Shown here one piece after another: positions 26,851-39,960 of a DNA stretch of 64,000 nt (within the stretch, counting starts at the first letter, position 1; every line of letters starts with the position of its first letter). Below the pieces are notes generated by a model, which was given only the letters and a program-made list of their open reading frames with translations, was not told the DNA's origin and did not search any database. Origin of the DNA: Camelus ferus (Eukaryota); contig NC_045696.1 in the NCBI RefSeq assembly GCF_009834535.1, positions 38,194,001-38,258,000 on the forward strand. The letters are read 5' to 3'. Position numbers and translations under genes: made by a program.

Positions 26851-29800
26851 CTTGAATGACATTGTTTATGATGAAGGAGAGTCAATAGCAAAGGGCTTTT
26901 CCACAAGATTGAAGAGGCTATTCCAGATAGAGAATTAAAGAGCTTGGCATTTCTGTGAAAGAATAACTGATTCAGTATAGTTTTCTTTTTTTTGAGGTGG
27001 AGGTAGCCAGAAGGGATTGGAAATAGAGGAGAAATCGAAAAATGAGGTGATCCCAAACTGTTTATCAAGTCAGCATGCTTCAATATTTTACTTTTACTTT
27101 TATATTTTACTTCTATATCCTTTTTACTATGATATGTCTTTAATACCTTTAAAGCTCATTTAATCATTTTTGGTGTAATATTGCAACTTTGGGTAAAGGC
27201 ATTTTATTTTATTATATTTTAATGAAAATTAAAGTAAATTTAAATTTAAGTCAAAATATAAGGCAGAATTTTACTTTTTATTTGATTATTAATACATAAT
27301 TTAACATCAATTATTTAAGGAATAATTATGATTTTTATATAATTCAAAAGTATATTTTAGTATACCAATTAAAGTATGTCTACTTGATATGGTATAAAAA
27401 TCTCTTAATATCTCGATATTTGAAGTTTATCAAATTTGCACTGAAATGCTCAGTGGTTCAGTTTAATAATGTTAATATTCTAGTGCATCATGATGAAATA
27501 AATGAGGTCAAATTGCAGTTTCAAGTACTTATCTGTACATAACACGTTTTACATGATGAAAGCTTCCCCAGAATAAATAGTTAACTACATACAGTCTTTA
27601 TCATGTTTTATCTTTTTAATGTAACTCTTCATCAATATTTTTCATTGTTTCTACTTTAATTGGTGGTCATTTATGGGTAGATATGGGTAGATATTAAATG
27701 CAATGTGACTGAGAATGAGCAGTTTCACACAGCTAATGGAGCTGACTGAGAGAAGGACTTGCTTTATCTCCATAAACTGCCATTAGTTCATATCCCTATG
27801 GCTTTTATTTTAAAGGGGAACAATTAGACTATTTTTATCTGTTGATTTTTAAAAAAAACTGCAAAGCCAAAATTAAAAGTTTTCATTTGTACATTTAATG
27901 CTTAGTATCAGAAACCCAGGGATTTTAGAAGATACTTGATTAGGAAGCGTAATTGATTAGAAATTATTAATGAGTTTTAAGAAATAAGAAATATATGATG
28001 TAATTAATATTTTAGAATGCTCTCTCTGGTAGTGACTAAAACATTGTGAAGACTGGAGTCAGTGGTGTCAGTTAAAAAATAACTGCAGTAGATTAGGAAA
28101 GAGAAAACTGGTTTCTAAGAATTTTGTAAGCTTTAGATTTTGGTATCTTGGTCCTAAATGTTGGGTAAGTTGTTGATGTTGTAGGAATTTACTAGGCATT
28201 TGTTTGCATAGCAGTGAAACTGTTGGCAGGTGTTAAGGGAGAGGAGCATTAAATAATCCAATTTCTTTAAAAAAATGTTTTTCTGATCCCAGAATGAACA
28301 GTGGTTGGAGACAATAAGAGTTGATCATGGGAGTCCAACTAGAACACTATTATCATTATTCATGGAAAAAATTTCTGTGACTTAGACTAGAGCAGTGGCA
28401 ATGAATGCTGAAAGAGTGAATGCTTTTGAGAGGATCTTAAACCAGCCATTGAGTTCTCCAGGTGAGAAGTAATGTGTGACTTAGCTTATAACTCCTGGGG
28501 AGTTAATCACATGTCTGAGACCAACAACAAGGGGACAAGAAGTGCAATCATACCATGTGCCTCGAATTGGGAGCTCCCTGTATATTTTGTCAGGAGCAAT
28601 AATGCCTTTTCTTATTTCTTATTTCTTATTTTACCTTTCTGGTAACCAAATACCCAAATCATTCTGCCTCATCTTGTTGTCAAAATGCACATTCACCTTG
28701 TGGTGGGGGACTCTATTATTCTCTACTCTTGATCCATTCAGGATTATTCATTTTCTCTTGAGCTGTACAAGCAAGGGACTCCACAAACTTGCTGTTATTT
28801 TCATCTTTATTAACAAGTGTGTCAGTGGTCTAAATCACTCTTGCAGGTAATTTAAAATGCCTTTTTTTTTAATGGACATTGGGCCCATTGGTGTGAGCAG
28901 TAGTGATAGTAACAGTTTCACAGATCTGAGCAGAAGAGGAGACTAGGATTGGTGGTAGAGGAAGGACAAGGGGAATGAATTGCTTGCTGGTTGACTGCTG
29001 CTAGAATATGGGATGGCGGTATTCTTTCTCTCTTAACTCAGACTTGACCCATTCTTATGGGTGAAGGTGGAATGCTGGGAAGGGCAGGAAAAGTACTGAT
29101 TCAAAGCAAAGGAGATACTGATCCCTGGCTACTGAATAGTGGCTTGGGATGGGACAAAAATCATAATTTGTTAAACTTTAATCCTTAGAGTGACTATTTT
29201 GAGGAGAAAGGAGATCTATTTCCCTTGGCCTCAATGTGGCAATCAAGTGAGTCAACAAGATTGAATTTTTTAAAAAAATCAATTTTTTGTTTCAAAGTCT
29301 GGAGCAAATCTGTCAGAGTTATAAAGGTAAAAAAACAGATGGTAGTAATTAATAATATTCGTACAGTATTTCTAGTTCTCTGTTTTTTTAAGCATGTTAG
29401 GAAGATTGTATTTCCTAGCTACCTTTGTGTTAGGTGAGGTCACCTGGATAGTGTGTCTAATGAGTTTGGATCACAACTGATATGCATGTTATATTAAGTG
29501 CCTGTGTAACACTTTCAGAGAGAGGCTCATTTTTTTCCTATTGTGAGGTGACATGCATTGATGAGGTTGGTGGCTTCTCATTCAGTGTTTATTTCCAAGT
29601 AACCACCATGAGCAGAGCCTACGACCACCATGCAGTCCATTGAGCTTCTGAAATTTTCTTTCTGCAACATACCTGTTTGATATTACTAGCAGCAGTATGT
29701 ATCGGCAACATTTTGATCTTTCTAATATGTGAGGTAAAAGCATGACTGTATTAATTTGTATTTCTTTATAAGGAAGGTTTAATGTCAAACACTGGCAGCA

Positions 29801-32800
29801 GCGCCATGAGAACACTAAGTCTGCTGCTTTTGCCACCACCCCCATAATTAATTCTGTCCATGCCTGTTACCATTTCTCACTCAGGTTGAAGGTCCTATTC
29901 TGAAACATTCTATTGAATACTCTTACGTTGTGGCACCTGTGATATAGCTGCCACGGAGCCAAATATCTGCCTTCCTTTAGATTCTCTGGTGAGAGGCAGC
30001 CTCCCATTTAGCCTGAGATTTCTTTTAAAATGAAGATGCGATTCAGGCAAGGCTACTACTCCAGAGCTGAGGTTGTAGGCAGGAAAATGTCATCTCTGAA
30101 AATCTTAAAGCATGAGAGAACCAGAGGTGCCATCAATTTCATACAGGAACGCAGGGAGCCTCATCTCAGGTATCAGCATGAATTAATAAAGTTTACACTA
30201 GCAAGAAGTCTGAGATTATGTCTACTAAACCAGGAATAGGTGTTAGCAGCCCCATTTCCTTGTCTTTTATATTCTGGTAATTGGTATGGGAGGACCAGGG
30301 TAAGGGAGAAGAAATCCAAGGTGATGTAGCTGCTTTCCACATTGTATGTGAGGTTAGGCTTCCTGCAAAGTATGCTCCTCTCCCTAGCCTCTGTTTTCTT
30401 TAGCACTACATTTTAACTCTAATCTTATAAACAGGCTTAGATGATTATCTTATCCCTTTAAAACACATCATAAATTTCAACTTTATGCTACCATTCTCTC
30501 GGTTATATATGGTGATGAGTGTTAAGACCTTTAAGGATTTATTGCACCTTAACTGTTTTCTTTTTCTCTTAGGACATCTTTGATTTCCTAATATCTTATC
30601 CTCTTTCAGTGTAAGCAGAGAGAATCACAGAACTTAAAACCAGCAGCATCACCTTATCCAGATTAGAATGTTACAGCTCATACATTTTTATCTATTTAAA
30701 ATCTTGAGTTGAGGTTGGTTCGGTTTGCGTATGATAGCTGTTTACTCTTGATAAATATTTTAGAATATTTATGTCAGCTTTTTTCACAGCTACAGTTTTC
30801 AACTCACTGTCTTTAATATTTGATGCAATCAGAAAATTTAGAATTTAGTCTCCATTAGAACCTCAATTAAAAAAAAAGACGAAAGTGCTTTCATCATAGC
30901 AGGATTCATACTTAGCTTCCACTAAGCGTCTGTCTATGAGTTGGATTTCCTTTGTGCAAGTTGATACACATCCTCTCATTTTCAGCTTGTTAGAGCAGAG
31001 CTGTCTGCTTGTTAGAGCAGCACCTGGGGTTGGCACTGATCTCATATTTTTGTTAATGAAAATGTAGTGTGGAGAGGTTAGACAGAATATTTTTGGTCCA
31101 GCTGTTACCATTATTTTACCTATAAACTTTAGGGTTTTAAAAAAAAATCTTTAAGAATAAAGATTCAGAGCTTAGTTTTCATCTATAAATGAGCAATAAT
31201 GAAAATTGGGGTTTAATAGGTGAGAGAGCATGTAAAGACATGAGTATCTGTATGATGTATGTTATTTGAAACACATGTTCATTTAAATAGTCTTAAATTA
31301 TAGATGAGAAATATTTATTGAACTCTTTCTTTAACAAAGTCAAGTTTAGTTTAGGTTAGTTGTGAAGAGATGGATGTTTGTCAATTATGTGAGGCAACTC
31401 TATCAATGAGGTGGCAGTAAGCAGGTAGAAAGGGTAGTAATGAAGTTGGGTTTTAGCCTGCAGAAATCATGAACTCCTTTTTCTAGCAAGGGAAATTTGA
31501 GTGTGAGTGTTCAGAGTAAAGTGATTGTAGTGGAGTGAGGAACAATGGATGCTTATTACCTGGATTGACAGCCAGCCAAAAATAGGCTGTCTTGAGGGCA
31601 TGTGAATTATCACTTTGAATATATCCTGGAGCAGCCTTTATTTATGTGACATCTTGATAAAAAGGTCTATTCTAACAATACTTAAAATAAAAAGAAATTT
31701 TCTTTCTTTTATTGTCCTCTTTAATAATTTATACTTTCCCTTATTTTTAAAGAAGAAACCAGTGTTGCTTAATAGATGTTATTTTATTTGAATATATTTA
31801 TAGTTATGTAAAATGCACAAAGTATATTGGAACCATATCATTCTTTCCTAATAAATTCTTCTTTGCTCGAGCCTGGACCCATTTGAGTCCCACATGTAGG
31901 CATACTTCCCATCCAGGCTGGAGGGTAGCTGTGACTTAATTGAAAAGTTTCAGCATTCTTTAACACTGTACAAAGATTCTCGTGTTGGGTTAATCCTGTA
32001 TATTCAGTTCTAATCATTGGGCTTCTCTGTTTTTTCCCTAAGACCAAATCTGATTTAGTTTAGTGGTGGAAGCTTTCTGCTTAATTCCTTACATGTATGT
32101 ACAAACTTGATCCTGAAACAGTGTTTGTAGTCTGCCCTGAATTCCTATAGTTAAACTTAACCTGAGGGACCTGTGACTGGATGGATACAAAAATGAATGT
32201 CATACATTACTTCTTTGGCCTTCTCAGTTATTCATACGTAAATTGAGACTAGAATATGGATATATCTACTCTGTCTAATTATGCTCTGACATTCACTGTT
32301 TCTACTTCCCAAAGATTTGGTCTTGCTGTTTCTGGTTTATCTTACAGAGATGCCAAATATGATGAAGGATTTATGGGAATGTATAAGCTAAGTGTATTTA
32401 AATATAGTTAAAATGTGAATAGAAAAAGATTGAGATATTTGGAAAATAACTTTTACTTAAAGGATTAAAAATTTAAAAAATATGTACTGATTCTGAGTGT
32501 TCCTAAAGTATCTTTATATGTGAATCCAGAATTATTTCTATACTAAAAACCATTTTCTGTAATTGATTTGTTTCCTTTTTTAGGTTAAATTTATGTAATA
32601 TCTGAGTTGTGATTAGCCAGTTCATAATTATGGCACAATTCTTACCAGAGAATAAAATTTTGATGAAATATAAGAGTACCAAATTATACCATGAAAAATG
32701 AATGATTTCTGTAAGCAATTGAGGGATACAGTTTACAATAATTCCAACAGAACTTGACCTATGAAAGAGTGAGAGACAAATATTAGATAGTACTTGAAGG

Positions 32801-33103
32801 GAAGAGGTGAGCATGAGAAACATGAACACGGTGGGTAAGAAAGGGGAACACCAGCTGAAATAAAATTCAGGCAAAATGATGATAGGCATAATTATATTCT
32901 AAAGGGTACTGATCTCCAGTTTATCCAGTCCATGTGAGGCCACATAATTAAATGATGTATAAATCATATGGTAATTGAAGCCGTCTTTGAACATGTGTAG
33001 AAAAATAAAGTATACTGTACATTCGATGAAGTTGAATTTATTTGTTATATGCTCTACTGTCTCCCCAGAACTTAGCACAGACACTACAAGATAGGACAAA
33101 TAT

Positions 33104-33445
33104 ATTTTTATTTTCTTTTTTTAAAATTGAAGTACAGTTGATTTGCAATATTAGTTTTAGGTGTATAACATAGTGATTTAATATTTTTATAGATTATATT
33201 CCACTTAAAGTACCTCTTAATCTTCTTCCTCTGCCTTTCCCTTACCCTGACCCTCTCCCTACTAGTAACCACTAGTTTGTTTTCTGTATCTGTGAGTCTG
33301 TTTCTGTTTTGTTATAGTCACTTGTTTTAATTTTTTAGATGGCCCTGTAAGGTATTATGCTTAGGGAGGTAAGTCAGATGAGACAAATACTATTTGTTTT
33401 CACTTATATTTGGAATCTGAAACATTAAAACAAATGAATTAATAT
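33104..33445 (-). mobile_element. Short artiodactyl-type L1 3' end with 5' inversion, inserted in an L2 tail
   Basis: T-rich tail, then minus-strand 3'UTR to 33340; plus-strand ORF2 end at 33341-33445. TSD gacaaatat at 33095-33103 and 33446-33454. Confidence 0.8.
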
Positions 33446-34365
33446 GACAAATATTTTGAAATAATGAGTGAAATTTTTAAATGAGGAAAGAATGACTTTG
33501 AGAAAAGCTTTTATGATCAAAGAAGAAAATTAATTTCCAGATCTTAATGGATTTCTCCTCTTTGGATAGTATAATTAAATGGCAGCATGTAAAAAATGTA
33601 AGTTATATTTCTCCAAATAAAATAAGTCGGTAAGAATTCAAGATTGGGTCTTAAAGGTAACTTATTAAGTTGTTGAGCAGTTGTGTTAGGGTTACTCTCA
33701 GACTGTGCTCAATTCATTTCCATTCAGCATTGTAGCTCATGTGTTACAATACAAAGACTTAGTATCTAATTGGAAATGAAAATAAACTCTTCATGTAAGT
33801 AACTATGATGATGCCTCTGCTGATGTCAGTCCAAATGTCCTGGTGATTGCTCCCAATATATTACTAAAGATATTTTTCCTGCCCTAACTTCCTGACTGCC
33901 ATCAATGAATTCTAATAGTGAATTTCTAATTTTACCCACAATGGAAGCTAATTTATTAATTATCTCATTTATCTCATCACTTAATCAGGTTTTACTTGGT
34001 TTGAGTTACTAGGAAAGGGGAACCCAGCACATTTCTGTATATCCTTAATAGGTCATAGACTAAGGAATTCGTTGGTATAAAGGGCAAGGTTCTGAGGGAC
34101 ACACTGAAATCTTTACTATCTCTTGTGTTCTCCGGATTCAGAACTGGCTCTACTTAGCAGTTCTAGTTCCAAGATATATTATGAATTCCAAGGATGGTTA
34201 GCTAAACTTGTCATAAGCAGTGATGATGTATTCACATGTCTGTTTGAAATGTGAGGAATGAATCCACAATGTTTTCTAATATTTGAGGGTAATATTATAG
34301 AGTTAGAAAGTTACAGCTCAATGGGTACTTGAAGAAGATAAAATCACAAAGCTTACATTATTAAA

Positions 34366-34561
34366 CAGTGTTTTTTAAACTGTGTGTTGTGACCCAGTAG
34401 GTTACTAAATAAAATAAATTTAAAAACAAAAGAGAATAGAAAATATAAAATTATACCAGAGCCAAGGGTTGTTTTATGAAACTTTGCTTTATGTCTGTTT
34501 ACTGGTTCCTAGTGTAAACTGTGTTTTGACTGTGGGTAGCCAATAAGATTGAAAGTCACTG
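34366..34561. mobile_element. hAT-Charlie MITE (MER58-like)
   Basis: Inverted termini cagtgttttttaaac ... ttgaaagtcactg. Confidence 0.55.
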
Positions 34562-34569
34562 GCTCATAG

Positions 34570-34790
34570 CAGAGATTCTCAAATTATAGTGCACAGAATT
34601 TTGAGTGAGACTTGTTTAAAAATAAATTTAAAAATAAAAAGAGAGAAAAGTAGGGAAAAATACTAATTGCCTGTTTCTACCCTATAAGATTCTGACCCAG
34701 TAGATCTGAGGTGTGGCCCAGGAATATGCTTTATTAAAACATCCCGGATGACTATATACATGGTCTTTATGTCACATTTTGAAAATTGAT
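34570..34790. mobile_element. MER5-like hAT-Charlie MITE
   Basis: cagagattctcaaa...gattctgacccagtagatctgaggtgtggcccaggaatatgc...cacattttgaaaa. Confidence 0.7.
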
Positions 34791-37749
34791 GCCTTTGTGA
34801 AATCTAATAGAGGAAGAGACTGTGAGCCTCTATCTTTTTTCTGTGGAGTTGAAGGAAACTATTCTCTATTCTAATTTTTATACTTGGCCAAAGATAATTG
34901 GAAAAAATGAAAATAGTCTTAAGTCATTGAATAATTTTATGCATTTGATATGTGGAATTGATGTACAATAGCTCCTTTAGTAGCTTGAGACATTGTTTAA
35001 TAATCCAACTAGATTTCCTAGTTGGTTCAACCAAAAGATGAACTTAGAGTAAACTAAGAGAGTACTGTTTTACTGGATGTGACATACCAAGCAAGAAACT
35101 AAATTTCTTTAAGCTTGTTTCAGTCACCCATTACCCTATCCCATATCTCAAATTTTTGCAAGGCAGTTATTGTTATTTACCATAGCTGTAGCTGGGAAAG
35201 GACACAATCTTAATGACTATTATTAAACTGTGTCCAGACTGTTCCTGAGGCCGTATGTTTGGTGTTTGGCTTGTATTATGGATTGTCTGTGGGAGTGTTG
35301 GGTATTATGTTTCACCTGTACTTTAGCAGTCACTCTTCCTTGATTCTGGTGCAGCTCTCTTAGGGTGGACCCTCTTGTCCATCAGAGCATGCTAACTGGT
35401 ATATCTCAGAATCCTAGTTTACCTCTCATTTTTTTCCAAAATCTCAACTGGTAGAGAGAGGGTCTATTTATTTTTGCCTCAACTATTTTATCTTGTATAA
35501 GTTAACAGTAATACTGCCTCTAAATAAAAAAAAAAAAACCATAATTCTAGTTAGGTCCCATTAATGAATAAAACTTATATCTGATTCTTGATAAATTATT
35601 AACTAAAATATTCTCAGGAACTAATCCTAAATAGTCAGTAATTTCTTATATTTACTGACCTCTCTTACCCCTACTCCTGAACGGTGATAATTATAAGTTT
35701 GGACATTTATCAAAACATAGATTGACACTTCAGTTTTTCTTTTCTAAGATGGTGAGGTGGCAAAAATAAAGCTCTTAGGAATCCTCTAAAATCAAGGCAT
35801 TATTCTAATTATTTTATTATTTTCATTATAGAGTAATGCTTCTTTTAAGAAGAAAGAAACATGCTTTTTTAGAACTGAGTGAACGTGTCATGCTTAAATA
35901 AGTAAATATATGAGTATGAATTATAATCCATGAGATAAAATATTTGACAGGTGATTCTTAAGATTCTTAGGATTATGGTCTTTAAGAAGAGAATTATACA
36001 AGAAATAATTTTTGCTAAGTGGATGAGGGGATAAACTGTGTGAAAAATGAAGTATTTATTTATTTTTGGACATCTAGGAACTATATATCAGAGGAGGACA
36101 AAATACAGTTTTGCCCCAAAAGATATACAACAGAGTCATTGTAAATAACTCACAATTTGATTTGGTCAGGGGTAATACAGGGTCAAAGAAAAAAAGAGTA
36201 AAAAAAATTAGTGAAAAGAGTCATATGTATTCATTCAGTACATGCTATTGATATTAGATAGTAACTCTACCAAATGCCAGTGTTAAGAAAATGGGAAATT
36301 TTGTTGAGATATGTTTTGTAATGCTCACAGTTTTCTTGGACTTTGCAAAAAAAAAAGTCATTTGGAGTCTTGTTAGCAGTAGGAAATATATTCATTAATT
36401 TCACATGGACTTACAATTTAAAAAACATGTTTCAAGCTGAAAATTCTCGTGTATACGTATATTTCATTAAATGTGTGTTGCAAGTCAGATTTTATGATAA
36501 ATTTTTAATATGCTCTTTCCCCTAATGAAATTTTGCTAATGTGTATTAAGCTTCTAAACAGATAATAATGATCCTACATTGAGTTTTAAGTTATTTCTAA
36601 TATTTCTACCTTAATAAAAATTTGGTCAAGTCCAAATCTTTTTTAAGAATACCCAAGAATATGTTAAAATAAAGTTTTGTGAAAACTACTAGTGACTATA
36701 TTAATCATTAAAAAATATTTAAACCTCCATATTTTAAGTTTTATATGAAAATTTGATTAATACACTTTACCATTCTATATAATACTTAATGGTTTTGAAA
36801 TACATGTTCAAGAATTTCTTGAGAGGGGATAAACTGGTAATGTTTATATCCTTAAAAAAATAAGATGTATTTTAAGCCAGACTAGATTGCATTTGTTTTC
36901 TCTATTCTTAGGTTATCTGAATATCTTTGTGCTTATATTTCTTATAAAAATGTCCAAGGTTAGTAATTCTGTTTAGACACATGAAAACATTGGTGTCCAG
37001 ACATACTTAAGTGACATAACTGTAATTCTGCTTTCTGGATACACAGCAGACAGTAACTGCTTTTCCCAGAACAATTTGAAAAAAATGGAAATTTCCTGAG
37101 GGGAAATATATGCTTATCAAGAGTTAGAGCTGTCTTCTTGATCAGCCTTCAAAGCTGAAGTAAATAAGACATGAAGTTTAGCTTCCAAGCGGGCTTTAAT
37201 TCAGAAATTGCTGACCAAATACAAATGCCCATAGCCTTCTGTCATGAGATTGTTCATTACCTTGGTCCAGTTGCTCAGATTAGGTGTGAAATATTATAAA
37301 ATTCAAAGGTAAATGCTTTAAAAAGTGCCAGCTTACATATTTTATTGTTCAATAGAAATGTGGATGACTCCAGCTCAGTATTAATTCATTTCACACTGTG
37401 GGAGATTAGGCAGTAAACAAGACTCTTGTAAAATCAATTAAATTTAAAATCAAGTTTTACGATATTTTATTTCTAAAATTCTAAATAAATATTAAGGTAA
37501 TTATTTTGTTGGTTTTATGTTAGGAAAATTTCCATATAAAATAATGTAAACTTTTATGTCATGCTGTGTTTTTTATAGCTGCTTATTAGAATCCTTTAAT
37601 CAGAAAACCAATTGAGTACAGGATACCTCTCAAATCTCATGTGTTAAAAATCCTTCCTCCCTTTCACTCTTCTTGTAATACTGGCTGCTCTATTTTTCCT
37701 CTCTCTTCAACTGTCCTGGTTTCTCATCCTTCACAAGATCAGAGAGATG

Positions 37750-38005
37750 TTAGCATAGTGGTGAGGTACTTGGGCTTTAATATAAGACCAACTGGCATCA
37801 AATTCAAATGCTTCTGCCTCTTACTAGATTTCTTTCCTGAATTACATTTCTTTACCTCTTCAGGACTTTGCTTTCTTAACTGGTAAAGTGAAGGTAGTAA
37901 TAAGAACTTTAAAAAAAGTGTGAAATAAATAGCAAGTAAGATACTCCATGTAGAACATGCTTAGCTAAGTGTTTGACTCATAGGATTAATTCAATTAATG
38001 TTAGA
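37750..38005 (+). mobile_element. MIR
   Basis: tagcatagtggtgagg..ttcaaatgcttctgcctcttactag..tttacctcttcaggactttgctttcttaactggtaaagtg. Confidence 0.6.
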
Positions 38006-39499
38006 TAAAATTATTATATTACAATATAGGATTTTAAAATGAGACTCATGAATTCAGCTGGAATTTCAAAGCCAAGAACCGTATATAGGTTCATACTAAG
38101 GTGAAGTATGGGATAGAGCATCCCCTCTGCAGCTCATAGTTAAAAGTTTTTAAAAACAATCTTTCTAGCATTAAAGATGGCCAATTTCAACTATTATAAG
38201 TGATTACATTTGGGAACATTGAAAGGAATTGCAATTCGGGGTGGAGAAGTAATGCTTTAGTGGAGGAAATATTAAAGGGACAACTCAAAGGTTAATATGT
38301 GTTAGCTATAATTTTGGGAGCCTAAGAATGGTAGGGGAGTCTATGACGTGGTGGCCAGAGACGGGAGAGCAGAGCAGATACAGGGCTGCACCAGGAGGGA
38401 ACTCCATAAACTAGGGTGCACGGGTCAAATCTGTGCATTTCTATATCCTAAATGTGGACCATTTAGAAAGGAACTGTCCTGGAATACACATTAGAAAGGT
38501 ACTGCCTCATATGTTCAAATGGTTTATAATTAACTGGAAGAGACACTGTTTTCTTCAGAGTTAGTTTCCCAGCAGGAAAATTTCCTTAAAATGGTCACAT
38601 AAGGTAAAGCCATCTTTGACCATCTTCCAGTCTCAGAGAGCCCCAAAGTCAGATCAACTGAACCAGTCGTGAAAAGCTTACCCTTCTCTACTTTGACCCC
38701 GGTGAGTCGGAAATAGCAGTCAATGAGTGGTGGCTTGTGAAGAGAATCTAAACACAAACTACTTCCACACTGTACACAGGCCTTAAGCAAAATCAAATTG
38801 ACGGAGAAGTGCAAAGTCATATGAATTTTGAATTTTGGCTGTTTAATATTAAAAATTTTTGAAATACAACATATTTTGACTAAGAAGGCATAGCAGAATA
38901 ATATACCTGCCTGAGATTTCATTGGAGGATGGGATAAAAGTAGATGACAGAGATTTTTTTGAACGAGGGTGACAGAAAATAAAAACAAAGTAAAAACTAC
39001 GTATAATTAATAAAATGAATGTATAAACTAAAATATAAATAAAATTAAATTCTAATTATTTCAATAAAATCATAATATAATCAAATACTTCTTTAACTAC
39101 TACGTGACCTAGTTACAGGAGATACATGTTTTGCCACCCTCTAGAAGCATGAATGCTAGTTATGGAAATGAAATTTTATGGTATAGCAGGAAAATCAGTA
39201 TTCTTGGTGAGAGATATGGATTTTAATCTAGTAGTAGCACTAACTACCTGTGTGATATTTAATAAGTCTTATAATATTTCTGGGTCCCATATTCCTCCTC
39301 ATCTGTAACATGACATTATCTATAAATAACATAAACTGACATATCATAAGTTTCCAGTGAGAAGCAAAAATTAGCTGGACACATACTAAGCATATTTAGG
39401 GGAGGGAGAGTTCACTGTGGCCTTGATCAGTTGGGAGAATTTTGTTATGCCAACTCTACCATCATTTCTCATCTGGATACTTCAGTAGCCTTTTGAAGG

Positions 39500-39960
39500 G
39501 TCATGGTGCTAGGTCCTAGGAAAAAGTTGGTGAACAAGGTGACTGAGGTCCATAAACGTAGGAAACCTAGTCTCTTCTGGGAGATAAATGACTGAATAGT
39601 TATAGTAAAGTCATGCTTTTTTGGTGTGGTACATGCATTAATCTATGGAGACTCATTAAACATGACATTTCCTTACCATTAGGTAAAAGAAATCAGAAGA
39701 GACTTCCAACAAGAGCTATCATGTAAATTGAGACCCAGGAGAGGTAGTCACCAAGATGAGAGAATATTAGTTTGTGAGAAGGCCCAAAGAGTTTGATATC
39801 AGAGAGAACACTTGAATTAATTTAGTAAGGCCTGGAGCACTGAATTTGAGGGATGTAGTGCTGAGAAAAAAGGCTTGAGAGGTGAATGTGACAGATTCTG
39901 GAGGGACACGGAAGCATAATGTTGGTCACTTGAGAATTGCTGAGAATTTTTAAGACAGCT
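39500..39960 (-). mobile_element. L2 fragment
   Basis: ggtgctaggtcctagg..tgaacaag..aatcagaagagacttcc..gtgagaaggcccaaagag. Confidence 0.55.

Noticed and set aside
38530..38988. 152-aa minus-strand ORF, and similar ORFs at 32503-32889 and 39817-40194
   Set aside because: Composition is typical of AT-rich non-coding DNA, with no domain or splice support.
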